A DNA stretch of 64,000 nt from Actinomycetota bacterium (lineage in GTDB: Bacteria > Actinomycetota > Acidimicrobiia > Acidimicrobiales > JAJPHD01): NCBI GenBank assembly GCA_021325455.1, contig JAJPHD010000001.1:28306-92305 (forward strand). Direction: 5' to 3'. Both the position numbers and the translations under genes were made by a program. The notes under the pieces are model-generated. The model saw only the letters and a program-made list of their open reading frames with translations, searched no databases and was not told the DNA's origin. Of the stretch, positions 9,380-19,781 are shown piece after piece; position 1 is the first letter of the stretch; each line of letters opens with the position of its first letter.

Positions 9380-10309
9380 ATGTCCCGGCGAGCCTGGCTC
9401 CTCTTCGGGCTCATGGCCGTGCTGTGGGGCATCCCCTACCTGTTCATCAGGATCGCCGTGACCCAGGTCTCCCCGGTGTGGCTGGTCTTCGTCCGCACCG
9501 GCCTGGCCGCCTTGGTGCTACTCCCCCTCGCCGCCCCCCGGGGGGCCCTCAAGGGGCTGGGGCGGCAGCTCCCCTGGGTGGCCCTGCTGGCGGCAATGGG
9601 CGTGGCAGGACCGTTCCTCGCCATCAGCTACGGCGAAGAGCGCATCCCGTCCTCGCTCTCCGGCCTGCTCGTGGCGGCGGAGCCCCTCCTCATAGCCGGC
9701 CTGGCCCTGCGGGTGGACACCAGCGAGAGGGTGCGGGGCTGGCGCCTGGTGGGCCTGGTCCTGGGCTTCCTGGGCGTGGTCTGCCTCCTGGGCCTGGACC
9801 TTGGACCCCGGCCCCGCCTCCTGGCCGGGGCCGTGATGGTACTGCTGGGCGCCCTCGGCTACGCAGCGGGGGCCCTGCTCGTCAAGCGGCGCTTCGCCGG
9901 CTACCCGCCCCTGGGGGTGGCCACGGCCACGGTGACGGCCTCGGCCCTGGTGCTCCTGCCGGCTGCCGCCCTCAGCCCCCCTGCCCGGGTCCCCTCTCCG
10001 GCGGTGCTGGGGTCTCTGGCCGTCCTGGGCGTGGCCTGCACTGCCCTCGGCTACCTGGCCTTCTACTCGCTGATAGGCCTGGCCGGAGCCAGCCGGGCCA
10101 GCGTCATCACCTACCTCAACCCCGCGGTGGCCGTGGGCCTGGGCGTCGCCGTGCTCGGCGAGCCCCTCACCTGGGGCATGGTGGCTGGCTTCGTGCTGGT
10201 CATCACCGGCTCCTGGCTTTCCACTGGGGGCCGCCTGCCCCGGCGGCCCGCCAGCCCCGCTACAGCTCCAGCAGGCCCCTCGCCACCTCGACCAGGTCCT
10301 CCCCCCTGA
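9380..10309 (+). CDS. EamA/DMT family transporter
   Basis: LWGIPYLFIRIA, ITYLNPAVAV, two EamA repeats. Confidence 0.88.
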   Translation: MSRRAWLLFGLMAVLWGIPYLFIRIAVTQVSPVWLVFVRTGLAALVLLPLAAPRGALKGLGRQLPWVALLAAMGVAGPFLAISYGEERIPSSLSGLLVAAEPLLIAGLALRVDTSERVRGWRLVGLVLGFLGVVCLLGLDLGPRPRLLAGAVMVLLGALGYAAGALLVKRRFAGYPPLGVATATVTASALVLLPAAALSPPARVPSPAVLGSLAVLGVACTALGYLAFYSLIGLAGASRASVITYLNPAVAVGLGVAVLGEPLTWGMVAGFVLVITGSWLSTGGRLPRRPASPATAPAGPSPPRPGPPP

Positions 10310-10922
10310 CGTCGGGCGGGCTGAACACGTCCCCCCAGCCCCCTTCGAGCCGGCTGGCCCATCCGGTCAGGAGGCCGGCCCGCTTGGCCCCGTGGCAGTC
10401 CCAGGCGTGCACGGCCACCAGGGCCGTCACCTCGGCCGAGGTCCCGAGGGCATCGAGGGCCCGCCGGTAGACCGCGGCTGGAGGCTTCCACGACCCGACG
10501 TCCTCCGCCGTCACCACCTGCTCCACGCGTGCCCTGAGCCCGCTCCGCTCCAGGAAGGAGGCCGTCACGGGAGCCGATCCATTGGTCAGGCACGCCAACC
10601 TGACCCCCGCCTCGGCCAGCAGGTCCATGGCCGGAGCGGCATCGGGGTGGGCGGGAAGCTCGGCGAAACCAGCCATGACATGGTCGACGTCATCGTCCTC
10701 GATGGCGAAGCGCGTGGCGGCATGCAGGGCGGCCCGGGCCACGGCAGGGAAGGGGCGGAAGTCCCCGGCCAGGGAAAGGGCCATCCCGTCCCTCAAGGTG
10801 CGGGCGAACCAGGCCTCCAGCAGGTCCGGCGGCTGGCCCACGTCGGCCAGCCGGCGGCGCAGGGGGTCCAGGGACATGAGGGTCTCCACCACGTCGAACA
10901 CCACGGCATCGGGGCGGGCCAT
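10260..10922 (-). CDS. Haloacid dehalogenase type II (HAD superfamily)
   Basis: VVFDVVETL, LTNGS, WKP, AVHAWDCHGA. This is the real 3' part of the long 10260..12770 ORF. Confidence 0.88.
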   Translation of the reverse strand: MARPDAVVFDVVETLMSLDPLRRRLADVGQPPDLLEAWFARTLRDGMALSLAGDFRPFPAVARAALHAATRFAIEDDDVDHVMAGFAELPAHPDAAPAMDLLAEAGVRLACLTNGSAPVTASFLERSGLRARVEQVVTAEDVGSWKPPAAVYRRALDALGTSAEVTALVAVHAWDCHGAKRAGLLTGWASRLEGGWGDVFSPPDVRGEDLVEVARGLLEL

Positions 10923-10951
10923 GGCCGGCCAACCTAGACCCTCCGGCTGGC

Positions 10952-11560
10952 CTACAGCGTGGCCCGCTCCACCACGGCCGGCTCGCCCACCTGGACCTGC
11001 TTCTCCCTGCGGGCGGCCATGAGCCCCATGCCCCCCAGGCCGGCCAGCACCAACCCGGGGCCGAAGTTGTAGCCGACCACGTTCACGAAATTGGCCACCC
11101 TGGTGGTAGCGGGGCCGAACACGTGGTAGGCGGGATAGAAGATGGGCCAGATGGCGGGCTCGAGGACCAGCCAGGCCCCGCACAGCACCAGCAGCATCCC
11201 TGCCATGGCAGAACCTGACCTCCCCTTGGCCAGCCGCCGGGCCCGGGGCCACAAGGAGAGCATCATGATGCCGACCACCATGGCCAGGAACCCGGGTGCC
11301 GAGTAGAGAAGGGCGTGGGCCATGGTGAGCCTGAGGGCTCCAGACCCGTTGGAGCGGTAGCCCCACAGGGGCCCCACGTAGGGCACCACCCCGGCCCAGA
11401 TGCCGAACAGCAGGGCCCACAGCCCGATGAAGCCGAAGCCCACGGGCCGGGTCCGGGTCTCCACCGCCCCCGCCGAGGCCGGGGCTACCGGGCGCAGCTC
11501 CTCGGTGGGAGGGGCATCCGTCCCAGGCTCTCCGCTCTGTCGTGGTGAAGGCATCGCCAT
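10952..11560 (-). CDS. Hypothetical membrane protein (about four TM)
   Basis: Hydrophobic segments, GIWAGVVPYVGP motif, AGGAGG RBS upstream. Confidence 0.7.
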   Translation of the reverse strand: MAMPSPRQSGEPGTDAPPTEELRPVAPASAGAVETRTRPVGFGFIGLWALLFGIWAGVVPYVGPLWGYRSNGSGALRLTMAHALLYSAPGFLAMVVGIMMLSLWPRARRLAKGRSGSAMAGMLLVLCGAWLVLEPAIWPIFYPAYHVFGPATTRVANFVNVVGYNFGPGLVLAGLGGMGLMAARREKQVQVGEPAVVERATL

Positions 11561-11684
11561 GCGTTGCCACCTCCTGGCCGACGGCCGGGCCCCCCTCTGT
11601 GGGCGAGGACCATGGAAGTGCCGGCCACCTACATTGTTCCCGTGCTCCCGTCCGGAGGAAACCGCTCACCGGCCAAATCTGACT

Positions 11685-13100
11685 ATGAGTGACGATTTTG
11701 TCCACCAGGCGGCGCAATGGGTGTCGGAGTACCTGGCCGGCGTGGGGGACCTCCCGGTGCTGGCCCAGGTCGAGCCGGGGGCCGTGCGCAATGCCCTGCC
11801 GCCGGATCCCCCTGCCGGCCCGTCCTCCTGGGCCGAGATCCGGGCCGACCTGGACGGGGTGCTCCTGCCGGCCATGAGCCACTGGAACCACCCCCGCTTC
11901 TTCGGCTACTTCGCCAACTCGAGCCCGCCCCCCGCCATAGCCGGGGAGCTCATCGCCGCTGCCACCAACCAGAACTCCATGCTGTGGCGCACCTCCCCGG
12001 CCGCCACGGAGCTGGAAGAGGTGGTCACGGGCTGGCTGGCCCGGCTCCTCGGCCTGCCACCGTGGTTCGCCATCGTGCACGACACCGCCTCCACCAGCAC
12101 CTTCTCGGCCTTGGCCGCCGCCCGGCACCGGGCCGCCCCCACGGCCTCGGAAGACGGCCTGGCCGGGCACCCTCCCCTCACCGTCTACGCCTCGGAGGAG
12201 GCCCATTCCTCGGTGGCCAAGGCCGTGATGGCCCTGGGTCTGGGCCGCCGGGCCCTGCGCCCGGTGGCCACCGACGGGGGCGCCCGCATGGACCCCTCGG
12301 CCCTGGAGGCCGCCGTGGAGGCCGACCGGGCCGCAGGTGCGGTCCCGATGGCGGTGGTGGCCACCGTGGGCACCACGGCGGCGACGGCGGTGGACCCCGT
12401 CCCCGCCCTGGCCGAGATCTCCCGGGCCCATGGCCTCTGGCTCCACGTCGACGCCGCCTACGGCGGGGCGGCGGCGGCCTCCCCCTCCCGCCGCTGGGTG
12501 CTGGAGGGAGTCGCCGATGCCGATTCGGTGGTGGTCAACCCCCACAAGTGGCTGTTCGTGCCCGTGGACTGCAGCGTGTTGTACCTGCGGGACCCTGCCT
12601 CCACCCGGGCCGCCTTCTCCCTCGTGCCCGAGTACCTCCGGGCCGCCGAGGACGCCACCAACCAGATGGATTACTCCCTCGCCCTCGGCCGGCGGTGGCG
12701 GTCCCTCAAGCTGTGGATGGTCATGCGGGCCATGGGGACCTCGGGGATCGTGGCCGCCATCGAGGAGCACATGCGCCTGGCCCGGTTGCTCGCCCGCTGG
12801 GTCGAGGAGTCACCCGGGTTCGAGGTCCTGGCTCCCGTCGACTTCGCCGTGGTCAACTTCCGCTGGTCCCCTCCCGGCCTGGGCGGCGCCGCCCTGGACG
12901 GGGCCAACCGGGAGCTCGCCGAGGCGGTCAACCGGTCGGGCCGGGCCTTCCTCACCACCGCCCCCATCAGGGGGATGACGGCCCTCCACGCCTCCGTCGG
13001 CAACCTCGGGACGGCGGAGGCGGACGTCAGGGAGCTGTGGGACGCCGTGGGGGCCGAGGCAGGACGGCTCCTCGGGCACCTCACCCCCTCCCTCCCCTAA
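11685..13100 (+). CDS. Group II PLP-dependent decarboxylase (aromatic L-amino acid decarboxylase-like)
   Basis: HWNHPRFFGYF, SPAATELE, HVDAAYGG, NPHKW (PLP Lys). Confidence 0.92.
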   Translation: MSDDFVHQAAQWVSEYLAGVGDLPVLAQVEPGAVRNALPPDPPAGPSSWAEIRADLDGVLLPAMSHWNHPRFFGYFANSSPPPAIAGELIAAATNQNSMLWRTSPAATELEEVVTGWLARLLGLPPWFAIVHDTASTSTFSALAAARHRAAPTASEDGLAGHPPLTVYASEEAHSSVAKAVMALGLGRRALRPVATDGGARMDPSALEAAVEADRAAGAVPMAVVATVGTTAATAVDPVPALAEISRAHGLWLHVDAAYGGAAAASPSRRWVLEGVADADSVVVNPHKWLFVPVDCSVLYLRDPASTRAAFSLVPEYLRAAEDATNQMDYSLALGRRWRSLKLWMVMRAMGTSGIVAAIEEHMRLARLLARWVEESPGFEVLAPVDFAVVNFRWSPPGLGGAALDGANRELAEAVNRSGRAFLTTAPIRGMTALHASVGNLGTAEADVRELWDAVGAEAGRLLGHLTPSLP

Positions 13101-13513
13101 CGCGAGCCGCGGCCTCCCTTGGACCGGGGGCGCGACGCCTTGGGCGCCCCGGGGGGGCGGGGCAGCGGACCGGTGTCCCTGGTCCTTATGGCCCCGGGCC
13201 GGCGGTGGGCACCGCCCTTGCCGCTCTGGCGGCTCTGGCGGGAAGAGGCCCGTCGCAGCTGCCGCCCCATGGCGGGACCGCCGGCCCCCTGGCCCGCCAG
13301 TGCCTCCTCCAGGGCCGCCCGGCGCTGGGCCTCGGGTAGCCGGCTCATGGCTATGTCCAGCTCCCTCAGCTCGTTGGGGAGAGGGCGCTTCTTGCGCTTC
13401 GACTTCTCCATGTAGGAAAGGAGGCGCTTGGCATAGAGGCGGCGGACGAAGCCGAAGCGCATGATGGCCCGCCATACCCCCGCCCGGCTTCCTCCCGACT
13501 TGTCCTTGGGCAC
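13097..13513 (-). CDS. Hypothetical basic protein
   Basis: GTG with AGAAGGAG RBS. Follows the vWA gene in the same direction. Confidence 0.6.
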   Translation of the reverse strand: MPKDKSGGSRAGVWRAIMRFGFVRRLYAKRLLSYMEKSKRKKRPLPNELRELDIAMSRLPEAQRRAALEEALAGQGAGGPAMGRQLRRASSRQSRQSGKGGAHRRPGAIRTRDTGPLPRPPGAPKASRPRSKGGRGSR

Positions 13514-13588
13514 TTGACTCCTTCTATCCGACGGCCCCGGCAACCGGGCCCGGGGCGGGTCCGGGGCCGGGGCCCCTTTCGCTCCCCA

Positions 13589-15607
13589 TCATGCCGGCCT
13601 CGACCTCCCGGTGCGCAAGGAGCGCTTGTGCTCGAGGAAGTCGACCAGCACATAGTCACCCAGGTCCTCCGGGGTGGTGAAGAACGCCCGGCCCCGGTTG
13701 AGCTTGGTCATCTGCTCTACGAAGTCCCGCAGGTAGCGGGTGGCGTCCAGCATGAAGGTGTTGATGCGGATCCCCTCCCGGGTGCAGCGGGCCACCTCGG
13801 CCAGGGTGGCCTGCACGGTCTCGGGGACCGGCGGGTAGTTGAAGTACACGTCCCCCCCCGGCAGGAGGTGGGCGGTGGGCTCGCCGTCGGTGATCATGAT
13901 GATCTGCTTGGTCCCCGCCTGGCGGGCCAGCATCCGCCTGGCCAGGACGAAGGCGTGCTGCATGTTGGTCCCGTACACGAAGTCCCAGGACACCTCGGGC
14001 AGCTGCCGGGGGGTCAGCTCCCGGGCCACCTCGGAGAAGCCGACCAGGCCCAGGTAGTCGCGCGGGTAGCGGGTGGAGATCAGGGCGTGCAGCGCCATGG
14101 CCACCTTCTTGGCGGCGAGGAAGTTGTCCCTCATGGGCATGGACAGCGACAGGTCGATCATGAGCACGGTCGAGGACCGGGTGAGCGACTCGGTGCGCTC
14201 CACCTCGAAATCCTCGGGGAGGAGGCTCACAGGCGTGCCCGGCCCCTGGCGATGGACGGCGTTGCGCACCGTGCGGCCGATGCTGAGGTTGAAGGGGTCC
14301 CCCCACTCGTAGGGCTTGGTGTCGTGCTGGCGCTCGTGCCCGACACCGGGGCGGTCGGTCGGGTGCCTGCCGGTGCGGTCCCTGGCCAGCCGGGCGAACA
14401 GGTCGGCCAGGGCGTTGTGGCCTATGCGGCGCATGCCCCTCGGGGTCAGCTCCAGGCGGCCTTCGCGCTGCTCTATCAGGCCCGCCTCCTGCAGGAGCCG
14501 GGTCAGCCGGGAAAGGCGCTCCAGGGAGCGGGCCGCCTGGTCTCCCAGCAGCTCCCGGGCCCGCTCCAGGTCCACGTCGGCCAGCGCCCCCGGGCTGTGC
14601 GCCGAGCGGAGGAGGTTCTCCAGCTGGTCCATGTCGGACAGGGCCTCCATGACGGCGGCCGCTTGGCCGAGGCCCAGGGGGTCCGAGCCGCTGAAGGGGA
14701 GCTGGCGCCCCCAGCCGGCATCGGGGAAGGCCCCCTGGAGGTTGGCGGCCAGCCGCTCCACCTGCCAGCGCAGGTCCAGGTCCGAGAGCAGGCTGTCGGC
14801 CAGGGCCTGCAGCTGGGCCCGCTGCTCGGGGGACATCGAGGCCAGCATGGCCTGGGCGTTCGCCAGCTGGCGGGCCAGCTGCTCCAGGAGCTCGTCCAGG
14901 CTCGAGGGCCGGCCGGGGAACATGTCGCCGAAGCGCCCCATGAACGACTCGAAGCTCGGGTCGAGGGGGCGCCCGGCCTGGCGCTGCTCGAGCATGCGGT
15001 TCAGGGCGTCGAACATCTGGCGGGTCCGCTCCAGGGACTCGGGCGTGGCCTGCTGCAACGAGCCCGCCATCTGGTTGAACCAGCTCCCCGCCAGCTGCTC
15101 CCGGAGCTGGTTCACCAGCTGCTCGAAGCGCTGGGCGGCCTCGGCGGAGGCGAAGTCGTACTGCTGCAGGGCCTGCACCTGCCCGGCCAGGTCAGGGGGG
15201 ACCAGGTCCAGCTGCAGCCGGCGCTCTGCCGCCATCTCCTCGGCGATATCGGCCCGGCGGCGGTCACCGGACTCCCGGGCCCGGCGGGCCAGGTCGTCCA
15301 GGGCGGCCCGCTCGGTGTCCATCACCTCCCGCAGGGCCTGGGCGATGTCGTCGTACACCCCCCCCAGGTCCCAGCGCTCCAGCTCCGCCTGCCTGCGCCG
15401 GCGCAGCTGCTCCAGCAGCTGGCGCAGGCCCGCCACCTGCTCGCCGGTCCGGTCCCGGAACCCGGACTGCATGAGCCGGCGCAGGGCGGCGTTCAGGTCG
15501 CCGTGGTAGAGGAGGTCGTCGGTGAGCTCGGCCAGCACCTCGTCGGCGTCCAGGCCCTCCCCGGCCTGGGTCCCGTCCCACCTGGAGTAGCGGTAACGCC
15601 AGGGCAT
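13589..15607 (-). CDS. vWA-domain protein (Rv0959-like)
   Basis: YRYSRWDGTQ N-terminus, MIDAS DLSLS...T...TDGEP. Confidence 0.88.
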   Translation of the reverse strand: MPWRYRYSRWDGTQAGEGLDADEVLAELTDDLLYHGDLNAALRRLMQSGFRDRTGEQVAGLRQLLEQLRRRRQAELERWDLGGVYDDIAQALREVMDTERAALDDLARRARESGDRRRADIAEEMAAERRLQLDLVPPDLAGQVQALQQYDFASAEAAQRFEQLVNQLREQLAGSWFNQMAGSLQQATPESLERTRQMFDALNRMLEQRQAGRPLDPSFESFMGRFGDMFPGRPSSLDELLEQLARQLANAQAMLASMSPEQRAQLQALADSLLSDLDLRWQVERLAANLQGAFPDAGWGRQLPFSGSDPLGLGQAAAVMEALSDMDQLENLLRSAHSPGALADVDLERARELLGDQAARSLERLSRLTRLLQEAGLIEQREGRLELTPRGMRRIGHNALADLFARLARDRTGRHPTDRPGVGHERQHDTKPYEWGDPFNLSIGRTVRNAVHRQGPGTPVSLLPEDFEVERTESLTRSSTVLMIDLSLSMPMRDNFLAAKKVAMALHALISTRYPRDYLGLVGFSEVARELTPRQLPEVSWDFVYGTNMQHAFVLARRMLARQAGTKQIIMITDGEPTAHLLPGGDVYFNYPPVPETVQATLAEVARCTREGIRINTFMLDATRYLRDFVEQMTKLNRGRAFFTTPEDLGDYVLVDFLEHKRSLRTGRSRPA

Positions 15608-15615
15608 GGGGACCC

Positions 15616-17034
15616 CTAGCTCCGGCCCCGGTAGGTGGCCCTGGCCCCGGCCGCCTCCTTGTTGAGGCGCTTGGACAGGTGCAGGCCCTCCAGCACGAAC
15701 TCGGTGGCGCTGGCCACGGCCGCAGGTGTCTCGCTGCCGGCCAGCTCCATCACCGGGGCCCGGAGCGCCGGGAGCCGGGAGACGACCTCGAGGTAGGCCC
15801 CGGAGGGCACGTCGTCCCCAGCATGGACCACCATCCCCTCCTCGAAGGCCTCAACCACGGGCCGGAGGGAGTTGAGGACGCAGTGCCGCTTGAACACCCC
15901 CAGGACGGCGGAGCGGAGCAACCTCTCCACCACCTGGGCGTCCTGGCCCTCCTCCAGCGCCTCCACCTCCACCTTGCCGGCGGTGGAGGGGACCAGGGCC
16001 TCCAGGTCGCTCACCCTCGGAACGGCGTCGGGCTCGCCCGTGCGCAAGGCCCGGCGGGCGGCGTTGGCCACCAGCGTCTCGTGGTTGGCGATGGTGAGGC
16101 GCACCGAGACTCCCGACCGCTGGTTTATGGAAGGGCTGGACCGGGCCAGGTGGCTGATCTCGGCCACTATCTCGGACATGAAGCCGGGGACCTGGACCCG
16201 GACCCCGTCCCCCCCGAAGGGGCGGGCCTCCTGGGCCACGATGGCCAGCTCGGTGCCGTGGTCCCTCGGGTAGTGAGTGCGGATCTGGGCGCCGAAGCGG
16301 TCCTTTAGGGGAGTGATGATGCGCCCCCGGTTCGTGTAGTCCTCCGGGTTGGCCGACGCCACCAGGAGAAGGTCCAGGGGCAGGCGGATCTTGTAGCCCC
16401 TCACCTGGACATCGCGCTCCTCCAGTATGTTGAGCAGGCTCACCTGGATGCGCTCGGCCAGGTCGGGCAGCTCGTTCAGGGCGAAGATCCCCCGGTTGGT
16501 GCGGGGGACCAGGCCGTAGTGCAGGGTCAGCTCGTCGGACAGGTACCGCCCCTCGGCCACCTTGATGGGGTCGACCTCCCCGATCAGGTCGGCCACCGAG
16601 GTGTCCGGGGTGGCCAGCTTCTCCCCGAACCGCTCCTCCCGGTGCACCCAGTCGACCGGGGCTGCATCGCCTCTCTCTGCCACCAGGTCTCGGGCGTAGC
16701 GGGACACGGGGCGGTAGGGGTCGTCGTTGATCTCGGAGCCGGCCACGATGGGCATCCACTCGTCGAGCAGGGCCGTGAGGGAGCGGATCATCCGGGACTT
16801 GGCCTGGCCCCGCTCCCCGAGCAGGATCACGTCGTGCCCGGCCAGGAGGGCGTTCTCGAGGGCGGGCAGCACGGTGTCGTCGAAGCCCAGCACGCCCTCT
16901 ACCAGCGGCTGGCCGGCCGCGATGCGGGCCATGGCGTTGCGCCTGATCTCCTCCTTGACCGGCCGGGAGACCCAGCCGGCCTGTCGCAGCTGTCCAATGG
17001 TGGCCGGGCGCTCGGCTTCGGGGCGGGTGCTCAC
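15616..17034 (-). CDS. AAA+ ATPase, magnesium-chelatase/MoxR-like (Rv0958-like)
   Basis: GERGQAKS Walker A, FALNELPDL Walker B, SANPEDYTNRGRIITPLKDRFG. Confidence 0.88.
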   Translation of the reverse strand: MSTRPEAERPATIGQLRQAGWVSRPVKEEIRRNAMARIAAGQPLVEGVLGFDDTVLPALENALLAGHDVILLGERGQAKSRMIRSLTALLDEWMPIVAGSEINDDPYRPVSRYARDLVAERGDAAPVDWVHREERFGEKLATPDTSVADLIGEVDPIKVAEGRYLSDELTLHYGLVPRTNRGIFALNELPDLAERIQVSLLNILEERDVQVRGYKIRLPLDLLLVASANPEDYTNRGRIITPLKDRFGAQIRTHYPRDHGTELAIVAQEARPFGGDGVRVQVPGFMSEIVAEISHLARSSPSINQRSGVSVRLTIANHETLVANAARRALRTGEPDAVPRVSDLEALVPSTAGKVEVEALEEGQDAQVVERLLRSAVLGVFKRHCVLNSLRPVVEAFEEGMVVHAGDDVPSGAYLEVVSRLPALRAPVMELAGSETPAAVASATEFVLEGLHLSKRLNKEAAGARATYRGRS

Positions 17035-17175
17035 CCTGCCAGCCTAAAGGGGCGCCGGGGTGCGCGGCAGCGGCAGGGCCGCACCGGACTACCGCCCCCG
17101 GCTCCTACGGTGAGAACATGCAGGGTGGCCGCCCGTAGGGACGGCCCACGGTGCAGCACGAGGAGGTAGTGGCTC

Positions 17176-17985
17176 TTGAGCATCCTGGAGCGGGGACCTG
17201 GCACCCCGGTAACGATCGGGGGCGTGCGGGGGGGGCCCCAGACCCCCACCTCACGCCGGGACCTGTGGTGGGTCCAGCCCGTGGTGGTCGTGTTGGGGCT
17301 CACCGCCTTCGTGGCCGACGGCCTGTGGGCCGCCCTGCGCCAGCCGGCCAACTACTACGCCAACCCCCTCCTCTCCCCCTACTACTCCCCCTGCATCGTC
17401 TCCAACTGCAAGTACGTCTACGGGCCCATCATCCCGTCGTGGTGGACGTACCCCGCCTTGGCCGTCCTGATCTTCCCCCTGACGTTCCGCCTGACCTGCT
17501 ACTACTACCGCAAGTCCTATTACCGGGCGTTCTGGTGGGCCCCCCCGGCGTGCGCCGTCGCCGACGCCAGGCCCAAGTACACGGGCGAGAGCCGGTTCCC
17601 CTTGATATTCCAGAACATCCACCGCTACGCCTGGTACTTCGCCCTCATCTTCGCCGTCATCCTGTCCTGGGACGCCATCACCGCCTTCCGCTTCCCCCAC
17701 GGCGTGGGCATGAGCATCGGGAGCCTCATCCTTCTCGCCAACGCCGTGTTCATCTGGCTGTACACGATCTCGTGCCATTCCTGCCGCCATCTCTGCGGGG
17801 GCAACCTCAACGTCTTCTCCAAGGCCCCGGTGCGCCGCTGGCTCTGGAAGCGCATCTCCCCCCTGAACGAGCACCACATGCTCTTCGCCTGGATGAGCCT
17901 GGTGTGGATAGCCTGGACTGACTTCTACATCTGGCTCGTGGCTGCGGGGTTCATCCCCGACGTCCACCTCCTCGGAGCCCACTGA
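17176..17985 (+). CDS. Succinate dehydrogenase (Sdh1-type) membrane anchor, Rv0249c-like
   Basis: FRLTCYYYRKSYYRAF, QNIHRY, SCHSCRH. Sits directly before the flavoprotein gene. Confidence 0.88.
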   Translation: MSILERGPGTPVTIGGVRGGPQTPTSRRDLWWVQPVVVVLGLTAFVADGLWAALRQPANYYANPLLSPYYSPCIVSNCKYVYGPIIPSWWTYPALAVLIFPLTFRLTCYYYRKSYYRAFWWAPPACAVADARPKYTGESRFPLIFQNIHRYAWYFALIFAVILSWDAITAFRFPHGVGMSIGSLILLANAVFIWLYTISCHSCRHLCGGNLNVFSKAPVRRWLWKRISPLNEHHMLFAWMSLVWIAWTDFYIWLVAAGFIPDVHLLGAH

Positions 17986-19781
17986 TGGCCGAGATCGAGA
18001 CCCACGACCTGGACGTGCTGGTGATCGGGGCCGGCGGGGCCGGCCTCAGGGCCGCCATCGAGGCCATGGCGCGAGGAGCCCGCACCGGCGTGGTGTGCAA
18101 GTCCCTCCTCGGCAAGGCCCACACCGTCATGGCCGAGGGCGGCATCGCCGCCGCCATGGGCAACGTGTGGCCCGAGGACAACTGGCAGGTCCACTTCCGG
18201 GACACCATGCGGGGGGGCAAGATGCTCGCCAACTGGCGCATGGCCCAGATCCATGCCCAGGAGACGCCCGACCGGGTGCTGGAGCTGGAGAGCTGGGGGG
18301 CGGTCTTCGACCGCACCCCCGAGGGCCTCATCAACCAGCGTGACTTCGGGGGGCACCGCTATGCCCGCCTGGCCCACGTCGGCGACCGGACGGGGCTGGA
18401 GATGATCCGCACCCTCCAGCAGCGGGCCGTGGCCATGGGCATGGAGGTCTTCATGGAGTGCGTGGTGGTGCGCCTCCTCCTCGACCAGGGCCGCATCGCC
18501 GGCGCCGTCGCCTATTGGCGGGAGTCGGGCCGCTTCGTCCTGTTCCGGGCCAAGGCGGTCATCCTGGCCACCGGGGGCATAGGCAAGGCCTTCCGGGTGA
18601 CCTCGGCCAGCTGGGAGTACACGGGCGACGGCCACTCCCTGGCCCTGTGGGCCGGTGCCGAGCTCATGGACATGGAGTTCGTGCAGTTCCATCCCACGGG
18701 CATGGTCTGGCCCCCCTCGGTGCGGGGCATCCTCGTCACCGAGTCCGTGCGAGGCGACGGCGGGGTGCTGCGCAACAGCGAGCAGCGCCGGTTCATGTTC
18801 GACTACATCCCCGCCTACTACGCGGCGGAGACGGCGGACAGCGAGGACGAGGCCGACCACTGGTACGACGACAAGCGCAACTACCGGCGCCCACCGGAGC
18901 TGCTGCCCCGGGACGAGGTGGCCCGGGCCATCAACGCCGAGGTGAAGGCGGGCCGGGGGAGCCCCCATGGCGGGGTCTTCCTGGACATCGCCAGCCGGCG
19001 GGACGCCGAGTACATCCGCCGCCGCCTGCCCTCCATGTACCACCAGTTCAAGGAGCTGGCCGACGTGGACATCACCACCACTCCCATGGAGGTGGGGCCC
19101 ACCTGCCACTACGTGATGGGAGGGGTGCGGGTGGAGGCCGACACCTGCGCCGCCACCGTGCCCGGCCTCTACGCTGCCGGCGAGGTGGCTGCCGGCCTGC
19201 ACGGCTCCAACCGCCTGGGGGGCAACTCGCTCGGGGACCTGCTCACCTTCGGCCGCCGGGCCGGCCTGGCGGCGGCCGAGTACGCCACTGGGCTCGGCAC
19301 CCAGCCGAAGGTCGATGACGCCGAGGTGGATGCCATCATCGCTTCCTCCCTGGCCCCGTTCGAGCGGGAGAAGGGGGAGAACCCCTTCACCCTGCAGTAC
19401 GACATCCAGAGCACCATGCAGGACCTGGTCGGGATCATCCGCACGGAGGAGGAGCTGCGCCAGGCCCTGGAGGAGCTGGCCGTGCTGGAGGAGCGGGCCA
19501 CCCAGGTCGCCGTGGGCGGCAACCGCCAGTACAACCCCGGCTGGCACCTGGCCCTCAGCATCGACTCCTTGCTGGCCGTGTCCCGCTGCATCGCCACCGC
19601 CGCCCTGGAGCGGCGGGAGAGCAGGGGCGGCCACACCCGCGACGACTACCCCAAGCCCGACGAGGAGTTCGCCAAGATCAACCACGTGCTCCGCCTGGAG
19701 GACGGCAAGCTGGTCCTGCGCAGGGAGCCCCTGCCCCAGATGCCGCCCGAGCTGCAGGCCTTGTTCGAGGAGGACCACTGA
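17985..19781 (+). CDS. sdhA: Succinate dehydrogenase/fumarate reductase flavoprotein subunit
   Basis: GAGGAG, AHTVMAEGG covalent-FAD motif, QFHPTG, HGSNRLGGNSL, ESRGGH. Confidence 0.95.
   Translation: MAEIETHDLDVLVIGAGGAGLRAAIEAMARGARTGVVCKSLLGKAHTVMAEGGIAAAMGNVWPEDNWQVHFRDTMRGGKMLANWRMAQIHAQETPDRVLELESWGAVFDRTPEGLINQRDFGGHRYARLAHVGDRTGLEMIRTLQQRAVAMGMEVFMECVVVRLLLDQGRIAGAVAYWRESGRFVLFRAKAVILATGGIGKAFRVTSASWEYTGDGHSLALWAGAELMDMEFVQFHPTGMVWPPSVRGILVTESVRGDGGVLRNSEQRRFMFDYIPAYYAAETADSEDEADHWYDDKRNYRRPPELLPRDEVARAINAEVKAGRGSPHGGVFLDIASRRDAEYIRRRLPSMYHQFKELADVDITTTPMEVGPTCHYVMGGVRVEADTCAATVPGLYAAGEVAAGLHGSNRLGGNSLGDLLTFGRRAGLAAAEYATGLGTQPKVDDAEVDAIIASSLAPFEREKGENPFTLQYDIQSTMQDLVGIIRTEEELRQALEELAVLEERATQVAVGGNRQYNPGWHLALSIDSLLAVSRCIATAALERRESRGGHTRDDYPKPDEEFAKINHVLRLEDGKLVLRREPLPQMPPELQALFEEDH

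Noticed and set aside
17770..17795. Heme c motif in the Sdh anchor (CHSCRH)
   Set aside because: Not CxxCH. It is the conserved Cys/His motif of Rv0249c-type anchors.
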